A stretch of 11,836 nucleotides of DNA, taken from Candidatus Hodarchaeota archaeon (GTDB lineage Archaea; Asgardarchaeota; Heimdallarchaeia; Hodarchaeales; Hodarchaeaceae). Below, piece after piece: positions 6,234-11,836 of this stretch. Below the pieces are notes generated by a model, which saw only the letters and a program-made list of their open reading frames with translations, was not told the origin of the DNA and made no database searches. The stretch spans positions 1-11,836 of the forward strand of contig JAEOTC010000011.1 in NCBI GenBank assembly GCA_016840035.1, written 5' to 3'. The first letter of the stretch is position 1, and the number at the start of each line of letters is the position of its first letter. The translations under genes were made by a program, and so were the position numbers.

Positions 6234-8924
6234 TTGAAACGCAAATTTAACCAAGGGATGAGTACTTTTCTTACTTTATTCCTAATTTTAATTGTCATGG
6301 TACGATTGGGGAGTGGAAACCTTACAATACAAGAAGGACCAAGTCCCGTTTCATCTACTGAGGGATTTCCAGAGGAAATTCCCCCTTTAAGTATTTGTGC
6401 ATATACTCCTCATGCTCCTATCGAGATTTCGTCGGATACTGAATTTAATGCTGTTTCGGCAAGTGGGACTGGTACGATTTCTGATCCGTATATTCTCGAG
6501 GGCTGGCAAATTACTTCTACGGACGCTTCTGGTATTAATATTCATGATACAACTGTCCATTTCATCATTCGCAATTGTTTGATAACTCCTGGCAGTGACC
6601 ATTATGCTATTACTATAACCAATGTGGCACCTGGAACAGCCACAATCACGAATACTACTGGCGGGATCTTCCTTCAGGACGCCTCTAATTCCACTGTTAC
6701 TCATAATTTCTGTAACCAACAAGGAAGGAATGGTATTGATCTTCAAAATAGTCCGAATTCCACCGTAGCTGGCAATATTTGTTCTCAAAATGGGGTAGGT
6801 GGCATTTACCGTTATAATTCTGGTTCTTCTTCGCTTATCAACAATAATTTCAACCATAACGGTGATTGTGGGGTCTGGCTTGATGGATTTTCGACTCATT
6901 GCCTACTGGTCAATAATACCTGCAATGGGAATTACCGTGGTTTGGAAATTAAATCCTCCGGCCATACTCGCATTCTTAATAATACCTGCAATGACAATTC
7001 TCAATCAGGGATTTGGTTGTGGGAGGGGAGTTCCTTCTCTACAATAGCTAATAATACGTGTCGAAAGAATAGGTATGGTATTCAGCTTACTCGAGAAGGG
7101 GCATGGGATCCATCCACTGATTGTTTGGTTAAGTGGAATTTCCTCCAAGAAAATATTGAGTACGGCGTGCATCTCCCTAGTGGTAGTGCTAATCATGTTC
7201 TTCACCACAATTCCTTTTTGAATAATGGTGGAGGAGCTTCATCGTCTCAAGCTTTTGATGCTGGATCCAATAATCAGTGGTATGACTCCTCGGTTAACGA
7301 AGGCAATTATTGGTCTGACTACTCTGGTACTGGAGCGTATCTAATTGATGGTAGCGCGAGTGCTACCGATCCTTTCCCCTTTCTTCTTACTCGTCCTGAG
7401 GTGGGCCTTGTGGGTTATTGGAGTTTTGACGAGGGGGCTGGTGATACTGCATATGATCGATCTGGTAATGGTAACTATGGGACGATTTATGGTGCTAGTT
7501 GGACGAATGGTATTTCAGGAACGGCTCTGGAATTCACTCAGGGAGATTGGGTGGATTGTGGTAATGATTCATGCTTTGATGTAGGTACTTTTACCATTCA
7601 GGCTTGGCTGTATATTTATGGGTCCACTGGAGGATGTCATCAAATCTTAGCTAAATATCAAAATGAGGATCAGGTATTAGACGATGCTTATGTGTTTGAG
7701 CTATGGACAGATTCCCAGACGCTTGTATTGACACTATGCCAAGATGGAGAACCCCATTGGGTTGAGTGTTTTTCTTCTGAGCAAATTAGCTTCAATAAAT
7801 GGACCTTTGTCACAGGAACTTATAATGGTTCTGTTATGAGAGTTTTCATAAATGGTAAGGAGACTGGGTCTTTTGAAACTACCATTCCGGTTCGTAATAC
7901 TTCTTCGCCGTTGGTGATTGGAACTCACTGTAATGATGACAGTGGTAACTTCAACGGCCGTATCGACGAAGTCCGTATTTACAACCGATCTTTAAGTGCG
8001 GAGGAAGTCTTGTCCCATTTTAGTGAATTTTCTGTCCATGAACCCATTTCTACGCAGACTGTAACTCAAACAGAGTCACCCTATGTGACAGAACCACCCC
8101 GGCGTGGTATACCCCTACCCTCGGCAAACTTCATGGAATCTCTTCTGATGCTCTTTATGCTTTTAATTCTTGGGGTAGGAGGCCTTGTTGGGTTTGCATT
8201 ATGGCGTGAGGGCCTGAGTAAGAGACCTACTTCAAGGTTTTCTTCTGAAAGTAAGCCCCCTTCCATCACCAAACAACCCTTCCCGAAAGATTCTTCCAGA
8301 ATCGAATCCGAACTTTTTGTTAGATCTTCCGATCTTCCCTCTTCAAAACCCTCCGCTCAACCATTAACACCCAAGCCTCTTGACCCAGCTGGTGTGTCAG
8401 ATTGGAAACCTATTAAGGGAGTATCCCCTGTATCATCCCCTATAGTACCCACAATTGACGATAAACGGGCCTTATTTTCCTCCATTCAGTACCGAGTTCA
8501 AGACATTATCTATGAGCAAAGTGAAACTGACTTTTTTGTCCGTCTTATTCCCTATTTTGGGTCAATTAAAGAGATGACGACTCAATTTGATCGTAATCAA
8601 ATCATAATGCGAGGTTGGTTGGAACAGCGAGACAAACGACTAATAAAGCTCGAGTTGAAAATTGATGAATCACCTACACAATTTTCTTATGACGAGCCAT
8701 GGCGGGATATTACTCTCATCGGAAATGAGGACGTTATTCAAGGAATTAAACAGCGTAGAGAAATCGCTAACCGATTGATTTCTCTCGGTACAGCACTTGT
8801 CAAAGTCGAATCCCCTCCAATAGGAAGAATTTGTATTCAAATAACCTCTCAGGAAAGCAAGGAAACAATTAACAATGCTTTCTTCCTGCTCCAAGAGCTC
8901 CAATCGTTTATAGACGATTTTTAA
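6234..8924 (+). CDS. Large single-pass surface protein: right-handed beta-helix (NosD/PbH1) + LamG-like jellyroll + TM + Pro/Ser-rich linker + cytoplasmic domain
   Basis: Signal peptide; HAPIEISSD..F...GTG...DPYILEG cap; N-rich repeats (NNTCN.N...GI.L); GNYWSDY terminator; GLVGYWSFDEG.G..AYD.SG.GN.G...FNGRIDEVRIYNRSLSAEEV Laminin_G_3 signature; TM LLMLFMLLILGVGGLVGFALW. The start may be TTG 6234 or ATG 6258. Confidence 0.93.
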   Translation: MKRKFNQGMSTFLTLFLILIVMVRLGSGNLTIQEGPSPVSSTEGFPEEIPPLSICAYTPHAPIEISSDTEFNAVSASGTGTISDPYILEGWQITSTDASGINIHDTTVHFIIRNCLITPGSDHYAITITNVAPGTATITNTTGGIFLQDASNSTVTHNFCNQQGRNGIDLQNSPNSTVAGNICSQNGVGGIYRYNSGSSSLINNNFNHNGDCGVWLDGFSTHCLLVNNTCNGNYRGLEIKSSGHTRILNNTCNDNSQSGIWLWEGSSFSTIANNTCRKNRYGIQLTREGAWDPSTDCLVKWNFLQENIEYGVHLPSGSANHVLHHNSFLNNGGGASSSQAFDAGSNNQWYDSSVNEGNYWSDYSGTGAYLIDGSASATDPFPFLLTRPEVGLVGYWSFDEGAGDTAYDRSGNGNYGTIYGASWTNGISGTALEFTQGDWVDCGNDSCFDVGTFTIQAWLYIYGSTGGCHQILAKYQNEDQVLDDAYVFELWTDSQTLVLTLCQDGEPHWVECFSSEQISFNKWTFVTGTYNGSVMRVFINGKETGSFETTIPVRNTSSPLVIGTHCNDDSGNFNGRIDEVRIYNRSLSAEEVLSHFSEFSVHEPISTQTVTQTESPYVTEPPRRGIPLPSANFMESLLMLFMLLILGVGGLVGFALWREGLSKRPTSRFSSESKPPSITKQPFPKDSSRIESELFVRSSDLPSSKPSAQPLTPKPLDPAGVSDWKPIKGVSPVSSPIVPTIDDKRALFSSIQYRVQDIIYEQSETDFFVRLIPYFGSIKEMTTQFDRNQIIMRGWLEQRDKRLIKLELKIDESPTQFSYDEPWRDITLIGNEDVIQGIKQRREIANRLISLGTALVKVESPPIGRICIQITSQESKETINNAFFLLQELQSFIDDF

Positions 8925-8980
8925 TTCATTCATTCTTCGTGTCGATGTTTGACTAGTTAATCCATTATAAGAACTCATAA

Positions 8981-9120
8981 TTGCCACTAGTACACGGGCT
9001 AATTTTTGAGAAAATTGTGGAAAACGAGTATTTTGAGAAAAAACTATCGTCAGGTGGCTTGAGGAACGTAAATCTTCGCGTAGGGGTGTTTCTGTCTGAT
9101 GTCTGATTTTTAATTTTCGG
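8981..9120 (+). repeat. Inter-gene direct repeat, full-length copy (last in the window)
   Basis: ttgccactagtacacgggctaatttttgagaaaattgtggaaaacgagtatt...ctatcgtcaggtggcttgaggaacgtaaatcttcgcgtaggggtgtttctgtctgatgtctgatttttaattttcgg. Confidence 0.95.
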
Positions 9121-9323
9121 AAATCCAAAAGGCCTGAAATGTCTTGACCCACTTATTTGCGCTTTCTCTTGATTTGTCGTCTTTGAGGAATCAGGAGGAG
9201 TGTCACTACACTCATCGCCATCACCACAGGAATGAATGTCAGGGGAGCTTCTTCCGTGGTCGTCGTGGTTGTCGTTGTTGTGGTTGTGGTAGTTGTTGTA
9301 GTCGTTGATGTTGTAGTCGTTGT
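9121..9323. repeat. Diverged duplicate of 2341-2550 (3' flank, TM anchor and Thr linker of the lipase gene)
   Basis: Shared blocks cctgaaatgtcttgacc, tctttgaggaatca, actacactcatcgc and ttcttccgtggtcgtc. The proteins read EETPLMLLPVVVAMSVVALIMIPQRRQNKR vs EEAPLTFIPVVMAMSVVTLLLIPQRRQIKR. Confidence 0.92.
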
Positions 9324-9524
9324 CCTCTGTGGTTGGTAATAGATCCGTTGATCTACAATCGATTGATAAAAATCCTTGTTGCGTTTGATTTCTCCAATGA
9401 TGGTCTTCCCTTCGAAATCTCCTGCTTTTAACAGCGCATTTTCCACACGATATCCCAAATAGGTTAACTCAGCTGTAAGGATAGCGGGTTCTCGGTTGTC
9501 TATTCGAATGGTGTGATTCAACAT
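9153..9524 (-). pseudogene. Chimeric ORF: truncated ERCC4/XPF-like nuclease N-terminus fused in frame to a poly-Thr + TM anchor
   Basis: IRIDNRE...LG......L.AGDF......EIKRNKDFYQSIVDQRIYYQ resembles the ERCC4 D-x-RE / GD-xn-ERK-x3-D / S-I-x-D-x-R pattern but stops after ~67 aa. The remainder copies the lipase tail, and there is no signal peptide. Confidence 0.7.
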
Positions 9525-9988
9525 GTTAGAGCCTCACTATCATTAACTGGATTTATCCTTTTGACTAGCAACAGTGAGTGATTTCATTATCTCCCTATTT
9601 TGATTCTGAAAGAATGGAATCTCATAGTGCCTGAAAATAGCATCATCTATTATCCCTCTCACATTCGATTTTCCCGCTTTAAATATACCCAAATTCGCCT
9701 TTATATATTCTCAATTTCGTTTGGAGGGTATTAAAATAGATTTTTCCAATAGATACTTCGTTTTTTGCCTCTAAACAAAAATTTTAGGGTATATATAATG
9801 GCGAGAACTGCAAGAAAGCTTTCTTTTCATTCCTTCCGGAATTTTTGTGTTTTTATTAAGGCAAAAATCACGAGGTCGAATAAAATGATGCCCCCAAAAG
9901 ATGGTGGAACTGGAAATAATTGAGAATAATAATTTTGGGATGATTTCCCCTCATATCCTCCTTTTTTTTAGGAGATTCTCTTCGTTTT

Positions 9989-11539
9989 TCATTCTTTTAA
10001 CAAATTTGGGATTTTCCACTTTAACCTTGACACATTAAACCACTTAAAATCAAGATTAAGAGGATATTGTTTTCGTATTATTGAAATAACCGTCCATTTG
10101 AGATCATTTTTTATCCATTTTACGAGTTTAGGAGTTAATCGAGCCCATATATAGATGGATTTCTCCCCAGAATAAATTTCACTAAATGGTATTAAGTTCA
10201 AAAATCGTTCTAACTGAAAAAACGGGATTTTATGTAGAATAATGCAATGCAAATCGAGAGAGAAATCGTACACCAGTCGCCAAGGCACAAATCCTATTTG
10301 AACTACCTGATGATTGTAATGTAACTGTTTTAACAACCCGACCTCGGTTCTAGAGAGACGATTAGAATCCTGATTATCAATTAATCTTAATGGAAGGTTT
10401 GAGTATGAATACTCTGGAGGATTCTTACAATATAACTTAATTATCTCCTTGGGCAATTGATGCTGGCTATAATACCACTGGAGATTAAATTCGGGGGTAA
10501 TAAAAAAAGAGTTTTTCTCTCTTTGTCTTTTTTTTGGATTTTTTGATTGTAATAATTGAGTCAACCTACGAAGTTTTGTTGGGCTTAATTCAATCCAGCC
10601 AATATTCTCTTGATAATGGTTTAAAGAGATACATTTGCGTACAGTTGTGATTTTTGACAATTCTCTTAAGATAATGTACCCCTGACGTTCGCAATTCTGA
10701 AGATAGGATTCTAAACGGTCTATATCCTCAGTAGGTACCAATAGAATGGCAATATAATTATTTGGTACTTTTCTAAAGCTATATACATCACTAACTGTTA
10801 ATACCGTGTTTGCAGGATTACGAAAATCGATAACATCTTCCAACGAAGTGGATTCTTGTAGTTGAAACTGAAAAACCAACCGATTCAAACCAAAAGCGGG
10901 TGAAAAAAAAAGGAAAAACCATCGTCCATCCATTAGAGTGAAGAAACGAGTTAATTCTTCAGATGGCTTGTTTTTTTTCGGAAACACCACATTCTTGACA
11001 ATAACGGCCTTGAGCTTACGAGGATCCAAGGCATATACCCCGTCTTCTGTGATGAAGGAAAAAATAGTCTTTAATATCCTAAGTTGAACATTTGTAAGTG
11101 GAACAAGGAGTTTATCACATGAATACTGCAATTGTTCCCAAGCAAGATCTGTTAATGGAATACTTTCGCGAACAAGTCCATAAACTCCTGGAGTGGTAGA
11201 GCTACCACGCAAATATTTTGTCAAGTACTCATAGAATGAATTTGCGTGAAATGTTGAGACATTTAACAAAATATTCGCAGTTGAAAAATAACTTTCAATA
11301 AACCAAAGGAAAGCTGTGTTCAAGTATTTTTTCGTTCCTATAACTCTCTCATTGTACTCTATTAAACGCTGTGAGAGCTTGGTTCTTTGGTAGTCGGCCT
11401 CTTCATAATGTTGAAGGACTGAGAGGAATTCCATTAGTAAATATTGATCAGCTGGCGGATACTCCTCAATATGAGCTGGGAGCTGTTCAATAATGGTTTT
11501 GATAAAACGTTTAAAACTCTCTCGACCTGGCCGAACCAA
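9989..11539 (-). CDS. Hypothetical 516-aa soluble protein, possibly a degenerate winged-helix/Lrp-like regulator
   Basis: Long uninterrupted ORF with TTG start and GAGGAG upstream; no TM. LTNVQLRILKTI and FSPAFGLNRLVFQF loosely resemble wHTH helix 1 and the Lrp linker (weak). Confidence 0.75.
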   Translation of the reverse strand: MVRPGRESFKRFIKTIIEQLPAHIEEYPPADQYLLMEFLSVLQHYEEADYQRTKLSQRLIEYNERVIGTKKYLNTAFLWFIESYFSTANILLNVSTFHANSFYEYLTKYLRGSSTTPGVYGLVRESIPLTDLAWEQLQYSCDKLLVPLTNVQLRILKTIFSFITEDGVYALDPRKLKAVIVKNVVFPKKNKPSEELTRFFTLMDGRWFFLFFSPAFGLNRLVFQFQLQESTSLEDVIDFRNPANTVLTVSDVYSFRKVPNNYIAILLVPTEDIDRLESYLQNCERQGYIILRELSKITTVRKCISLNHYQENIGWIELSPTKLRRLTQLLQSKNPKKRQREKNSFFITPEFNLQWYYSQHQLPKEIIKLYCKNPPEYSYSNLPLRLIDNQDSNRLSRTEVGLLKQLHYNHQVVQIGFVPWRLVYDFSLDLHCIILHKIPFFQLERFLNLIPFSEIYSGEKSIYIWARLTPKLVKWIKNDLKWTVISIIRKQYPLNLDFKWFNVSRLKWKIPNLLKE

Positions 11540-11632
11540 TTCACTTCTCTCCTCTGGAGAAGAGAGACCCTAGACAATTAAACCTAGAGTCGGAAGATTG
11601 ATCTTTAACAGACTAGTATCAGATTGCTATTC

Positions 11633-11669
11633 TTAAATAACTTTGTAAACTTATATAGCTCTTATAAAG
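11633..11669. promoter_or_regulatory. Cluster of TATA-like boxes between the divergent 516-aa gene and the rRNA segment
   Basis: ttaaataa (11633-11640), ttatatag (11651-11658, preceded by taaac) and ttataaag (11662-11669). Directions and targets are not resolved. Confidence 0.45.
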
Positions 11670-11672
11670 AAC

Positions 11673-11836
11673 GTGTTGGATTTGTGAGAGGAAGACGTTC
11701 TCAGTACGAGAGGAACGGGACGCCGGCGCCTCTAGTCTACGGGTTATCCGGAAGGGTACCGCCCGGCCGCCACGTGCCAAGCGATAAGTGCTGAATGCAT
11801 CTAAGCACGAAACGCACCTCGAAAAGACAAATCCAC
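11673..11836 (+). rRNA. rrl: 23S (LSU) rRNA domain VI segment (H94-H97, including the sarcin-ricin loop); runs off the window edge
   Basis: SRL AGTACGAGAGGAAC at 11703-11716 closed by cgttct/gggacg; GATAAGTGCTGAATGCATCTAAGCACGAAAC matches H97; tggatttgt (11677-11685) pairs perfectly with acaaatcca (11827-11835) as H94; sharp rise in GC. Confidence 0.93.

Noticed and set aside
6387-8272. Nested or antisense ORFs inside the 896-aa gene (also 2395-2613, 4172-4384, 5384-5596)
   Set aside because: Shadow ORFs of well-supported CDSs, with no recognisable motifs.
2235-9120. Repeats as a CRISPR array, canonical attC sites, dif sites or SECIS elements
   Set aside because: Units are >100 bp with gene-sized spacers; no RYYYAAC/GTTRRRY termini or 28-bp dif pattern found; no conserved SECIS core and no evident selenoprotein genes.
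8670-9152. 160-aa minus-strand ORF through the repeat
   Set aside because: It overlaps the 896-aa gene antisense, and the frame is not conserved among repeat copies (indels and stops).
9525-9988. Tiny minus-strand ORFs upstream of the ERCC4-like fragment
   Set aside because: Only 12-14 codons long, with no supporting similarity.
11673-11836. rRNA segment as the 3' exon following an intron or IVS
   Set aside because: No upstream 23S exon within the 11.6 kb window, and the intervening DNA carries many unrelated genes.

Overview
AT-rich archaeal-type window. Archaeal origin is supported by the archaeal/eukaryotic sarcin-ricin loop variant AGTACGAGAGGAAC, GGAGG/GGTG ribosome-binding sites, TATA-like boxes and a PGF-CTERM-like tail; an Asgard/Heimdallarchaeia-like origin is my inference only. 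Bases 1-9120 form an array in which a non-coding ~105-145 bp direct repeat recurs in the same orientation. There are five near-complete copies, one internally deleted copy and one remnant, and the repeat can fold into a long imperfect hairpin. From 2235 onward, each interval holds exactly one gene, on either strand, encoding a secreted or membrane protein (lipase, scramblase/LURP-like protein, small 2-TM protein, PGF-CTERM-like protein, beta-helix/LamG surface protein). No canonical attC core and no recombinase are visible. The array ends in a chimeric ORF: a truncated ERCC4/XPF-like nuclease fused to a duplicate of the lipase's Thr-rich membrane anchor. Also present are a Tfx/LuxR-like HTH regulator with a duplicated 66-bp upstream region and a perfect 22-bp palindrome, and a 516-aa hypothetical protein. 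At the right edge, 23S rRNA domain VI begins abruptly after AT-rich, promoter-like DNA with no domains I-V upstream, suggesting a split LSU rRNA gene.
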